Shown: piece by piece, positions 25,701-34,478 of the stretch
How the letters are laid out: each line of letters starts with the position of its first letter
How positions within the stretch are numbered: position 1 is the stretch's first letter
Virus record (IMG/VR): IMGVR_UViG_3300044724_001982
Coordinates: 1 to 35,186 of that record
From: a virus
Taxonomy: Duplodnaviria > Caudoviricetes
Strand: one strand, 5' to 3'
DNA: 35,186 nt
Notes under the pieces: model-generated
The model's input: only the letters and a program-made list of their open reading frames with translations
Told to the model about the DNA's origin: nothing
The model's database searches: none
Translations under genes and position numbers: made by a program

Positions 25701-26903
25701 ACCTATCTCTAATTGAACATCTGAAGTTTCAAAAATACAATAGTCTGTAAGTTCTAAATAATTACCATCTTTATCTCTATAAAAAACACCATAACCATTT
25801 TGTATCGGCCAAGTGATACCTAATACTCGGATCTTAGTTGGATTTAATACTTGACCTTGATAAACAGTTTCAAATAGAGAAGATCTACCATCGCTAACTC
25901 TATCTGCCTCAGTATCGACAAAACCTATATCAGGATCAAAAATAAATATTTTATCACCTACAGTAAAGTCTCCTGCTATATCATATTCCTCTAGAGAAAC
26001 ATTCAATTGTTTTTTTACCTCGTTAAGTTCTAAAAGATATTCTTGCGCTCTTTCATTTTTCTTAGTTCCCTCTGTCTGAGGATCAGAAACATATTGCGCT
26101 CTAAATAGACTCTCACCAAACAAATCTTTATACGGAATAGAACTTGCAGTTGCAGATCCTATGTTTGCCTCAGCACCATGCTTGCTTGCAATCAATTCAA
26201 CACGACTTACAAACTCTGAAGCGTCATATTGAGCAACTAAGCTAGTGGTATTTATACCAGTTATGTTTGGATCTTGACCATTTGCACCACGAACTATGAT
26301 CGCAGTTGGATCAGTATCATGACCAGCAAACAAAGACGCTGATGGTCCTGCATCTAATAAACCTGTAGTGCTTACTTTAAATTCAACATTCAGATCAGAA
26401 CAAATAAACTTGAGTGCTTTTAAAACTGACTCTGTGTAATGTTTTCCTGTATAAGTTGTATTTGAACCAGTAGGTTCTGTTATCGTCCCTTTTCTGATGG
26501 GACCAAATGATCCATCTTCTGCTCTTAAAATACCTTTTGGAGATCCTGTGCTATCTAATGTTTGTTCTAAAGTTTTGTTCTTATAACTTCTTACTCCTGA
26601 TGGACCACCACTTGTAGCTATAGGCATACCTCTAGTATCGCCATCACCAAGATACGAGACTAGACCTGTACCCATAATTTGTACATCGTTTTCCATACCA
26701 AGCTCTAGAGACTCTACAATGCCTACATATCTTGCGGCACTTAAAAGTGTGCTGTCAGAAAACTCTTGCACATTTAGATCTCCCTTAACAATTACGATAT
26801 GTCCCCATGCGTCAATACTGTTAATTATAGAATTTGGTGTGTCCTGTTTATTTAAGGCAAGGCTGAACTGCCCTTGAGCCATTAATTTTTCTGTTACGCT
26901 CAT
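22788..26903 (-). CDS. Tail tip / central fibre protein with FN3 domains, His-rich region and C-terminal peptidase S74 intramolecular chaperone
   Basis: Follows the distal tail gene. FN3 motifs (LSWTEP...LSPNTYYSVGVQAVD; YFRVTAVDSSGNES), ITDLKV/AGKVTAGTI shaft, and SDSRLKTNI...LRPVDY...HGFIAQEV...IQELSAKI. Confidence 0.85.
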   Translation of the reverse strand: MSVTEKLMAQGQFSLALNKQDTPNSIINSIDAWGHIVIVKGDLNVQEFSDSTLLSAARYVGIVESLELGMENDVQIMGTGLVSYLGDGDTRGMPIATSGGPSGVRSYKNKTLEQTLDSTGSPKGILRAEDGSFGPIRKGTITEPTGSNTTYTGKHYTESVLKALKFICSDLNVEFKVSTTGLLDAGPSASLFAGHDTDPTAIIVRGANGQDPNITGINTTSLVAQYDASEFVSRVELIASKHGAEANIGSATASSIPYKDLFGESLFRAQYVSDPQTEGTKKNERAQEYLLELNEVKKQLNVSLEEYDIAGDFTVGDKIFIFDPDIGFVDTEADRVSDGRSSLFETVYQGQVLNPTKIRVLGITWPIQNGYGVFYRDKDGNYLELTDYCIFETSDVQLEIGDVAPTIKESLGFSGHTVDLVGSPDKSIPDTPSGLTTVAGTYSDGNGISKGFVKLSWTEPLNTDGTSITDGSFYRVRWRVVQDTDGNNIIDENDTQVTEFNYSTVQFDTREFIIYDLSPNTYYSVGVQAVDITGFDSDFASISSVQTPADGGAPNKPDGFATIASNPLRVQFIHNLGQAKDSNGNAVSPVVNFTLAKDLSHLNIYASTTSGFDLQYNSTTNKVTQTGFKIGQLVATSAHIQNGIAAVGYIDLDNADTHYFRVTAVDSSGNESEPSNEQTGNADLVNSANIANLAVTNALIANAAITDLKVADVSAGKVTAGTIAGQTIILNTSGDTGNDSIIKSSNYSTGSAGWAITSDGTAEFQNATIRGSLNASDITAGTLSSDRLDTNFIAVGGAASDVNSGSTTIDGGNITTNSITANELNFTPFENGDAITDGTIAGITINSTEIQSTGFNSSSGFQISSNGNAIFRDVTIRGTLEGTSLTDNFTLDGGTIRTASSGSRVEIKETSSVGMINFYDSSDELTMSMQASTDEFQMVGGLDDNVKLSTVLGKELELNAGTIKINAYGNASGGPINLGTPGTNNISQVDVKIGIATNNGNYDYGTSGQVLQSNSTGVSWETVAGHNHTGITFPNSGTVLSDNNHNHSTDFSNFLTSTDLTNHTNSNNAHNAYLQNTDHNENNTAHSNFISNADLSDYVTNSNTNFLSAVGHTAMAAGNAGVAHGLTLGDVLTNSNHSHGNTHNHSGTVLTTSGADNLYSTPHNHPYGTGNGNGNGNGNSNLTNANVDTSHGSHGSHNHSGTVLTTSGADNLYATPHNSHSHNHSSYVTNSTYSNHLNNLHFSDSRLKTNIVDTSFGLSYINSLRPVDYEYTSDTLDSYFSDENAPFLRDMYAGVKHGFIAQEVRTSTFDNHSSNTAFGGLGYKAESEQDNFEDIQTVDLEQFIGPVIKSIQELSAKIELLTARVEELEGE

Positions 26904-28132
26904 GACTTAACGATCCTCACAACTTCATAAATATTATCTAAATATTGATCTCTAATACTGTCAGCAGTATCGTAAGAAGTTGCAGAGGAGCCATTGAATA
27001 CATATCCAACAAATGCTTTCATTGTAGCTGTATTCGATGTTGTACTTATCCCACCACTTGTAGTATCGACATCAAAGTTTTGAGGAGAACCCATAACCAA
27101 TTGATTCCCATCAGCGTCATCGTTAGTCATTACTGCATAACTCGTGTTATCAGTAAAAGGTAATGTAGAGGTTGTTTTTAAATTTAATTTACCTGTTGAC
27201 CACTGTGTAGCAACAATTGAAAAGTGTCTAGCACCTCTACGAAGGGTGACATCAAAAGTAAGTCTTTGATCTTTTGTAGTAGCGTCATAATAACTTGTTA
27301 ATCTAATAGTTGCTACTTCTGGTTCATTTTTAAGTATTTGAATTGATCTCCAACCTTGCCATTCGACTTCACTAGAACCTCTTGATACGGCTATTTGTTT
27401 TAATGATTTGTAACCATCACCATCATAAGCTCTTAAATTAAACCTAGATTGTGTAGTTGTGTTATCAAATGTCATTTGAACTAAACCATTTTGCAACTTT
27501 ACCGATGTCGGAAAATTTGGTGTTTCTAAACCACATCGTAGCCTTTCTGTATCAGAACTATCTTTTGTATAGATTTCACAAGCATTTTTATAAAAATCAC
27601 TCGGATCTACTAAAAATTTTGCATTGTTAGATCTAACAGAAGATCCGAATTTTGCATAAATAGATCCATCTTCCCCTACTCTTTCAAAACTTGTTGGCTC
27701 GTTACTATGATCATGACTGTAGTGATTTGTTGGTGGTGCATAAAACTGTTTAGTTGTAGAAGTTATAGAGTGATCATTTTCTAGTAAAGCACCTGAGAAT
27801 TGACTTTCTAATTCTACTTCACCTATGTTCCCTAAAAATTCCATAGAAATTGAATAATCGTAACCACCAATATTTACTCTTTGTGTATTTACAGAGGCAC
27901 TTGTTACTTTTACATAACCAGACACAGTATCATCACCCTCCCAAGTGAAAGGAACTATATAGTAACCATTAGCTTTTGCTAATAACTCATCTCTAAGATA
28001 TTTTACTTCTGCCAATGTTTCTGTCACAAACTTACCAGTAATAGTAAACTCATGACTAGTACCACTCTTACTATCACTTAAAGTAGCTGGTGATGTAAAA
28101 CTTAATCTTCCTATTGTTACTGTATTAGCCAT
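26900..28132 (-). CDS. Distal tail / minor tail protein
   Basis: Position between tape measure and tail tip; beta-rich. Start at 28132 (MANTVTIGR, TAATG overlap) is preferred over 28138. Confidence 0.65.
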   Translation of the reverse strand: MANTVTIGRLSFTSPATLSDSKSGTSHEFTITGKFVTETLAEVKYLRDELLAKANGYYIVPFTWEGDDTVSGYVKVTSASVNTQRVNIGGYDYSISMEFLGNIGEVELESQFSGALLENDHSITSTTKQFYAPPTNHYSHDHSNEPTSFERVGEDGSIYAKFGSSVRSNNAKFLVDPSDFYKNACEIYTKDSSDTERLRCGLETPNFPTSVKLQNGLVQMTFDNTTTQSRFNLRAYDGDGYKSLKQIAVSRGSSEVEWQGWRSIQILKNEPEVATIRLTSYYDATTKDQRLTFDVTLRRGARHFSIVATQWSTGKLNLKTTSTLPFTDNTSYAVMTNDDADGNQLVMGSPQNFDVDTTSGGISTTSNTATMKAFVGYVFNGSSATSYDTADSIRDQYLDNIYEVVRIVKS

Positions 28133-28254
28133 TAGCACATATCCTTTGCTCTACATTGTTCACAATACTTATATTTAGGTCCATAAAAATAATTACCACA
28201 TTTAAAATCTGATTTACATGGTTTTAAAACTTCTTTATCTTTGTTGTCTATCAT
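28132..28254 (-). CDS. 40-aa Cys-rich (zinc-finger-like) micro-protein
   Basis: Not in ORF track. MIDNKDKEVLKPCKSDFKCGNYFYGPKYKYCEQCRAKDMC; TAATG overlaps at both ends. Confidence 0.65.
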   Translation of the reverse strand: MIDNKDKEVLKPCKSDFKCGNYFYGPKYKYCEQCRAKDMC

Positions 28255-28343
28255 TACTCTTCTTCCCATTCAACATATTCATTATCGTGAGTAGCTTTGT
28301 GTTGTTGATGAAAGTTAGCGTGTGAATAAATTATATCTTGCAT
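28254..28343 (-). CDS. 29-aa His/acidic micro-protein
   Basis: Not in ORF track. MQDIIYSHANFHQQHKATHDNEYVEWEEE; overlaps the upstream micro-ORF and has TAATG coupling to the next. Confidence 0.5.
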   Translation of the reverse strand: MQDIIYSHANFHQQHKATHDNEYVEWEEE

Positions 28344-28441
28344 GAGTCCCCACAATCATCTGCTTCAAAATCTTTTGAAGTATCTACGAATACAGGATTA
28401 TCTGTAAACATATTATCTGGAAGTACAAAGTCATCTTTCAT
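28331..28441 (-). CDS. 36-aa acidic micro-protein ending CGDSCKI
   Basis: Not in ORF track. MKDDFVLPDNMFTDNPVFVDTSKDFEADDCGDSCKI; TAATG overlap with the tape measure stop; GAGGT RBS. Confidence 0.6.
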   Translation of the reverse strand: MKDDFVLPDNMFTDNPVFVDTSKDFEADDCGDSCKI

Positions 28442-31400
28442 TATCTACCTCTTATACCTGTTCCTATTAATCCTTCACGATCTAGCTTGTGTAATGCTTT
28501 TCTTATTTCTATTGCGGCTTTTCTTGCTTGTGACGGATCAGATGGTACACCAACAACATTTACATTTAGATTAGATATGGAAATTGTACTTCTACCATGA
28601 TTACCTATTGGCGTTATATCAACACCACCACCAGGTATTGCTCGCACCATTTCTGGTCCGTACTCACCTACTAGACCTAAACCACTTCTTAATGTTCCAC
28701 CATTAGCAAACATCGGAATACGACCACCACCAGCATACATACGCATACCACCTGCACCCATAGGTATTCCTGCTTTTGCAGCTGCTAAAACAATTGGGTT
28801 TTCACTTGCAAAGTTTTGAGCAGCAACATAATTATTTATAAAATTACTAAGTGCATTGTTTGCTTGTGAGGCATCAGCTTTAATAGTTATTTCTTCTTGT
28901 TCCATTTTCATATTTAAGTTGAAGTAATCTTGTCCAAAATCATTAATAACACCTGCAAAATCTTTTCCTATAGTGTTAGCCAACTGTTCTGTTTTACCAG
29001 TAACAGTTTCAATCAAACCACTATCGATACCTAAAACTTCAGCAATTTTCTTAAATTGATTTATACCCTCTGGTCCAAGCTGTAGTATTTGGAAAGCCTG
29101 ATTGGCCAAACTCATCATACTTTCAGCTTGAGATATTTGTGAATCTTCTATTTGTTTATTTACATTATTAAGTTGTGTTTGTCTAGCATTCTGTGCCTCA
29201 GCTAGCTCCTCTTCAGCAACAGCTAATTCCTCAGCACTAATTGTTCCCTCAGCGTAAGCAATTCTAAGAAAATCTACTTTGTCTTGTGCTTCTCTAATAG
29301 CTAGTACCTGTCTAGCACTATTACCTTGAAGTAGTTTATCTCTTTCTATAAGAAGATCGTTATACTTTTGCTCTTCGCTTAATAAACTTTTTTGCGATCC
29401 AAATAAGCTAAATTGACTACCAAAAACAGTTTGGATCCTGCTCATAGCATCAGTAACACTTTGCTCAGCTATATTTACAAGATCAATCATTGTATCTTTA
29501 AATTCTGTTTCTAATGCTGGGTAGTTATCTTTGATACCTTTTACAAAACCTAACATCATGAATTTAGATATTCTTGCTGTTTTACGAGATGGTGATGAGT
29601 TACCAGCAGCATCGTTTGCGACCACTATACCCTCAGATATTATACGATCAATAGCGTCATAGTATATTTGTTCTTCACCCTCTAAACCAAGAACTGCACC
29701 GATCATTAAGTTACCACCAATATCTTTACCTAATAATTCAAACTCTTCACCATAAGTAGCTCTAACTTTCTCGGTATTTTCTTTTAATTTTTCACTAGCA
29801 GTAATTCTTTGTCCCTCTAAACCAGCTTCAATAGCTCTTGCTATTTCTGGATTATTAAGTAATTCTTGTAACTGTGGTGCAAACTCTGGTCCTAAAGTAG
29901 AAGCAAATAAACCTAGATCATCCAGCCCTGCAAATTCTAATTGTTTCATTTGTGATTCAAAAATTTCTGCGAGAGCTAATCTTTCTGCAAAGTTTTTTGC
30001 CATCTCCTCTGCTGTCTTAATTGTTACATCTGGTAATGCTTCAAAACTCTGTACAAAAGAGTCTGTAGATTTTTTCATATTATCTGTAACAGTTGAATAG
30101 ACAGTATCTAGTTGAAGTATTGCTTCTTTTTCTGCCTGAAGTGCTTTTTCAGTATCAGACATTTTTTTATTTTTCTTTATATAATTTTCAATTTCTCTTT
30201 CTTGTTCTTCTCGGTGTCTTGTTCTTTTCTCAGCCAATCTTGTGATACCAAGAGCTTCCATAGCATCATCTCTGATCTTCTGATCTCTTGCTTGTTCATA
30301 TTCAGTAGTTGCTGTATTAATTTCTCTAGCTATCTCTAACTCTATTTCTAATAATCTATTTTGTTCTTTTAAACCATTTTCAGCATCATTCAAATATTTT
30401 CTATAATCATCTGTTTGGAAAGCCTGAAACATTAATTCCATTTGTTCATCTGTTTGCTGGTTTATGGTAGATAAATAACCTGAATATCTCTGAGCAAATT
30501 CTTGGAACTCTTCAAAAGTCTTGATTGTTCCATTTTGCACATTTTTTCTAAGATCAGCACCCATACCATGTGTAAGAAGATCATCAGCAACATCTATAAG
30601 ATCTTTATTTTTTTCGATAGTCGTATCTAGATCATTTAAATATGCTGATCTTTCAGCAGGTGTTCCTGCGAGTCCCTCAATGATACTTCCTCGTACTTCT
30701 CTTCTATCTTCCTCTTGTAATCGGTTAAGTGCGTTGGCATATTCATTTGTAACTTCAGTAAGAGCTTTTATTGTATTTTTTGTGACTTCACCATCTTGTG
30801 CAAAGGCTTCAAGTGTTCTTTGTAATTGTTCAGCTTCACCTCTTGCATTCATCATTTTGACAGCAAAAATAGATAAAGCAGCTACGATTGCAGCGATCCA
30901 ACCCACTGGTCCTGTAAGAGCTAGTCGTAGAGCAAATCCAAACTGTTTAACTCTTTTTGTGATTGGCATTAAAATATTTAAAGCTCTTAATATAACTAGT
31001 GAAAAGCTAGTAGTCAGTCCAATCAAAGTTGGTAATAATAAATTAAATTCTCTAAAACCTAAAATTGTTTCTTGTATTACATCATTAAAACCTTTTGCAA
31101 CAGGCATTAACTGATCTCCTAGAGAAACTTGTAATTCGTTGAAAGCGTTTTTAGTAATTTGTAATTGTGCCTCTAGAGTCGTATATCTCTTTATAGCCTC
31201 ATCCGTTGCTGCTGTATTTTCCTCAAATGCTGTTCTACCTGTCTCTAAAACTCTAGGTAGAAGATCACCTGCCTCAGCTAAACCTAGAATTGCTAGAGTT
31301 GTTCTTCTTTGAGATAGTCCCAGTTTTTCTAGAACAGTCATAGTATCTTCACCAGATTTGTTCATTTCGGCAAGACCTTCTATAAACGCCGCAGCTGCCA

Positions 31401-32232
31401 TAGCAGGATCATCACCGAACATTTGTGCAAATCCTTCTGCTGAAACTTTGCCTGATCTTGCAGCTACTTTTGAGAACATATCAGCTTCGTCACCAGCTTG
31501 GATTATTGCTGATTGGATACTTTGAAATACACGAGCTACAGCAGTACCACCAGCCTGAGCAGGAACACCAATTGCCTGAAGTGCCGTAGCAAAAGCAAGT
31601 GCATCTTGTGTAGTAGCACCAACCTGAGCTGCTGCCTGTGCAATACGCAAAACTGTAGTCATAATTTCTGACTCTGTAGCTGCGAAGTTGTTTCCTAAAT
31701 CTACGATTGTTGAAGCTAAATTGGAAAAGGTTTCACCATTAGTTTGTGCAATAGCATCGAGCCTAGCTAAACCAAGAGCTGCATTATCTACAGTTAAGTT
31801 AGTAGTTGTTGCAAGAGTAGAAACTGTGGCAATAAATTCTGGTAAGTTTTGAACTGCAATACCTAACTGACCACCAAGTTCACCAATTCTAGATAATTCC
31901 TGAGCAGAAACAGGTATAGCCGTTGACATACGCAGGATATTTTGTGCTAAATCTTTAAATTCTTTATCGCTTGCTTCTACTGTTTTTCTGATACCTGCGA
32001 AAGCTGACTCGAATGCTGCGCTAGCCTGTATGGCTTTTACTAACTCAAATGTTACAGCAGCAATACCGACCATAGCACCTGTGATCATAGAATACTGAAC
32101 AGCCTGCATTCTTTTTGTGGCTTCGGACATAGCCTTACCACTTTTTGCTAGGTCAGCTTGTAATCCTTCGGCAACAGGAGTTGCACCTATGATGAGTTTT
32201 AAAAATCCGACTTTAGCTTGTACTGGAGGCAT
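28441..32232 (-). CDS. Tape measure protein (TP901-type core)
   Basis: FESAFAGIRKTV, GGQLGI, LGNNFAATESEI, AGGTAVARVF; long helical body; C-terminal FANGG..LVGEYGPE; follows the chaperone pair. Confidence 0.95.
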   Translation of the reverse strand: MPPVQAKVGFLKLIIGATPVAEGLQADLAKSGKAMSEATKRMQAVQYSMITGAMVGIAAVTFELVKAIQASAAFESAFAGIRKTVEASDKEFKDLAQNILRMSTAIPVSAQELSRIGELGGQLGIAVQNLPEFIATVSTLATTTNLTVDNAALGLARLDAIAQTNGETFSNLASTIVDLGNNFAATESEIMTTVLRIAQAAAQVGATTQDALAFATALQAIGVPAQAGGTAVARVFQSIQSAIIQAGDEADMFSKVAARSGKVSAEGFAQMFGDDPAMAAAAFIEGLAEMNKSGEDTMTVLEKLGLSQRRTTLAILGLAEAGDLLPRVLETGRTAFEENTAATDEAIKRYTTLEAQLQITKNAFNELQVSLGDQLMPVAKGFNDVIQETILGFREFNLLLPTLIGLTTSFSLVILRALNILMPITKRVKQFGFALRLALTGPVGWIAAIVAALSIFAVKMMNARGEAEQLQRTLEAFAQDGEVTKNTIKALTEVTNEYANALNRLQEEDRREVRGSIIEGLAGTPAERSAYLNDLDTTIEKNKDLIDVADDLLTHGMGADLRKNVQNGTIKTFEEFQEFAQRYSGYLSTINQQTDEQMELMFQAFQTDDYRKYLNDAENGLKEQNRLLEIELEIAREINTATTEYEQARDQKIRDDAMEALGITRLAEKRTRHREEQEREIENYIKKNKKMSDTEKALQAEKEAILQLDTVYSTVTDNMKKSTDSFVQSFEALPDVTIKTAEEMAKNFAERLALAEIFESQMKQLEFAGLDDLGLFASTLGPEFAPQLQELLNNPEIARAIEAGLEGQRITASEKLKENTEKVRATYGEEFELLGKDIGGNLMIGAVLGLEGEEQIYYDAIDRIISEGIVVANDAAGNSSPSRKTARISKFMMLGFVKGIKDNYPALETEFKDTMIDLVNIAEQSVTDAMSRIQTVFGSQFSLFGSQKSLLSEEQKYNDLLIERDKLLQGNSARQVLAIREAQDKVDFLRIAYAEGTISAEELAVAEEELAEAQNARQTQLNNVNKQIEDSQISQAESMMSLANQAFQILQLGPEGINQFKKIAEVLGIDSGLIETVTGKTEQLANTIGKDFAGVINDFGQDYFNLNMKMEQEEITIKADASQANNALSNFINNYVAAQNFASENPIVLAAAKAGIPMGAGGMRMYAGGGRIPMFANGGTLRSGLGLVGEYGPEMVRAIPGGGVDITPIGNHGRSTISISNLNVNVVGVPSDPSQARKAAIEIRKALHKLDREGLIGTGIRGR

Positions 32233-32907
32233 CTTCCTTACCTATTCTTTTCTGATCCGAGATCATTTCATCTATACTTGTTGCCTGTCTTTGACGACCT
32301 GATCTATTTCTGCGTTTATCTAACTCTTCCTTATACCAGTTTTTTGGTGGTTCATCGGATAACGCTTCCTTTGGATCTTCACCATTAACAATGGCGTTAT
32401 ATTGCGGTCCAAAGAATAAAGACTGGTCTATAGGTATTGTACCTAACAATCGCCAAAATTTACGCCATTCTAATTCCAAAGGTTCTAAAATGTTATAGAT
32501 TTTGTTAAAGTCGGATTCGACTGATGACCAATCATTAATTATATCCTCAGTCGAGTAACTTATTTTGGGGTATCACCCTCGTCCTCTTCAGGAACGACTG
32601 CATTAAGATCTTCTGGTTGCATACCATATTCAGTCATTAGATATTGTGATATTTCTTGAAGTGTAGGTAGATCTACCTTTGCAGCAATCTTTGTGAAGTT
32701 ATCTTCACCCATAATTGCTATAAACCACTTCGGAAGATTTGGTGCCGCGATAGAACCATCTTCTTCTAGCCAAGTTAACTGTGTCAGTATAGTCTCGGCT
32801 GTCAGAAAGGGTGGGAAAGTAAAACTTTCTTCTCCTACCTTAACCTCTATAGGTTCGGTATTTAGTCCTTCTTTCGCAGCACTAAAATCTTTAAAACGCT
32901 TACTCAT
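32213..32907 (-). CDS. Tail assembly chaperone, long (GT) form made by -1 frameshift
   Basis: The -1 frame from the slippery site reads PKISYSTEDIINDWSSVESDFNKIYNILEPLELEWRKFWRLL..., in frame with track ORF 32213-32479. Confidence 0.85.
32517..32569 (-). promoter_or_regulatory. Programmed -1 frameshift signal: slippery heptamer plus downstream hairpin
   Basis: C CCA AAA (32569-32563) immediately before TAA; 8 nt later TCGACTGA...TCAGTCGA 8-bp stem (32554-32517). Confidence 0.85.
32560..32907 (-). CDS. Tail assembly chaperone, short (G) form
   Basis: Between major tail and tape measure genes; RFKDF...GEESFTFPP; GGAGG RBS. Confidence 0.88.
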   Translation of the reverse strand: MSKRFKDFSAAKEGLNTEPIEVKVGEESFTFPPFLTAETILTQLTWLEEDGSIAAPNLPKWFIAIMGEDNFTKIAAKVDLPTLQEISQYLMTEYGMQPEDLNAVVPEEDEGDTPK

Positions 32908-32933
32908 TATTCCTCCAATCGTTATGAGTTAAT

Positions 32934-33590
32934 TTAGTTTACGACTCCTTCAGTTGAGCCATTAGTATTTTCTACTATTCTAAATAGATTTTCTTTTCCA
33001 TCAGTTGTTCCGACAGATTGAGCTGTAGAACTTGGTACTAATATCTTGAACTCAACAGCAATAAGCACTTTTTGAGGTGCTTTTTGGTGAGCCATAGAAA
33101 ATGCACCTACATTAACTGCTCTAGGTATTTGGAAATGTCTTATGTTTCCTGAAGGTCCTTCAGTTATTAACAATAATGACTTTTCGCCATATCCAGTTGT
33201 AGCTGGTGGGACTAAGGTATCATAACCTGATGAATAATTAGTTGTATCATCTTCAGTTAATGTACCTCCACCAAAAGCTGTTTGTAAGTTAGACAAACTA
33301 GCTTGTGCGAGTGTACCAGTAATTCTGATCTCTTGTGCAGTTTTGACTGATTTAATAGGATCAATCTCTTCTGCAACCATGATGTCCTCAAAAGACTTAT
33401 CGTATTCTAAGGTCCATCCATCTTCGGAATATCCTACATCTGACCAGCTTGAGCTGACATCTGCCCACTCGGTTGCTGTAGTACTATCTTCCTCTGGGAA
33501 AGCTGTTCCTACATTGGCGACATAAAGAACGCCAGTACCGATTAGAACATCAGATATAGATCCTGATGTATTATATGATGTTGTTGACAT
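32934..33590 (-). CDS. Major tail (tube) protein
   Basis: GTGVLYVA..GTAFP, WSDVGYSEDG, TLAQASLSNL; canonical position. Confidence 0.9.
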   Translation of the reverse strand: MSTTSYNTSGSISDVLIGTGVLYVANVGTAFPEEDSTTATEWADVSSSWSDVGYSEDGWTLEYDKSFEDIMVAEEIDPIKSVKTAQEIRITGTLAQASLSNLQTAFGGGTLTEDDTTNYSSGYDTLVPPATTGYGEKSLLLITEGPSGNIRHFQIPRAVNVGAFSMAHQKAPQKVLIAVEFKILVPSSTAQSVGTTDGKENLFRIVENTNGSTEGVVN

Positions 33591-33623
33591 ACAATACCCT
33601 TCTACTCTTGTTACTTATACTTA

Positions 33624-33641
33624 ATATGTTTGCAAACATAT
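33624..33641. promoter_or_regulatory. Perfect 18-bp palindrome upstream of the major tail gene
   Basis: ATATGTTTGCAAACATAT is its own reverse complement; intergenic. Confidence 0.5.
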
Positions 33642-33643
33642 CT

Positions 33644-33952
33644 TTATTCTTCCTCTGAGGCATACCACTCATCAGAACTGTCAGGCTTTTCAACAACCTC
33701 ATCTACAATATTGTCTATTGTAATTTCGGATTCAATAACTGGTTGGACTTCCCAATGTTGATCTTCTGTGATAAATCTAGGTATGCTTAGATCTTTCCAC
33801 AAACGACCTTTTGAGTCTTTAAGTCTTTTCCAATTAGTTTGACTAACTTCTTCCCATTTATTCTTAGTAAATGTTATGCCTGTTTCGGCATCACCGATTG
33901 CATCGCTAGGATAGATCGGATTAACTTTAACTTTAATTTTCTTATTGGCCAT
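33644..33952 (-). CDS. Hypothetical protein
   Basis: GAGGT RBS; basic N-terminus and acidic C-terminus. Confidence 0.7.
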   Translation of the reverse strand: MANKKIKVKVNPIYPSDAIGDAETGITFTKNKWEEVSQTNWKRLKDSKGRLWKDLSIPRFITEDQHWEVQPVIESEITIDNIVDEVVEKPDSSDEWYASEEE

Positions 33953-33998
33953 AATTTACCTCTGAGATAATATTAGAGGATTATTATGCAGATTAGTG

Positions 33999-34475
33999 TT
34001 ATTCGGAGTATCGGTATGTCATAGTGACACCGACATTAAAATTAGCTACTAAAACTTCTGACTCTTCTATTCTTACTGGTGCATTAGTAACTTCAAATCC
34101 ATATATTTTTGCTTTAGTACCACCAGTTGTTGTGACATATGAACTGCCTACTTTAAATAATGCTTGATATATTGTTTGCGCTAAGTTTGATGATGTTGCA
34201 TAATCTGGCTCAGCTTTAGAACCATCTGCACCCCAGCGACCTGCAAAACAATCAATTGTTATATCTGCATCGTTTAAAGCTACCTGAGATCCTGGATTTG
34301 TTGGAACATTACCTAAGGCTGTAATAACAACAAAAGGAAGTGTGGGTTCTGACGGCAACCTTGTTGCTACTCTAGTTCCTACAATTGCTGTAACTGATGA
34401 TTGATCTAATAGCCACTGACGAAATATTATTTCTGGATCAGGTGGCATATTTGCAACTTCTATACCTTGTGTCAT
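33999..34475 (-). CDS. Tail terminator / tail completion protein (DUF3168-like)
   Basis: PDPE..FRQWL...VTAIVGTRVATRLP..PTLPFVVI...ITIDCFA; just upstream of the tail tube gene. Confidence 0.85.
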   Translation of the reverse strand: MTQGIEVANMPPDPEIIFRQWLLDQSSVTAIVGTRVATRLPSEPTLPFVVITALGNVPTNPGSQVALNDADITIDCFAGRWGADGSKAEPDYATSSNLAQTIYQALFKVGSSYVTTTGGTKAKIYGFEVTNAPVRIEESEVLVANFNVGVTMTYRYSE

Positions 34476-34478
34476 AAT

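Noticed and set aside
33959-33979. CCTCT...AGAGG stem covering the RBS of 33644-33952
   Set aside because: Only a 5-bp stem in AT-rich context; expected by chance.
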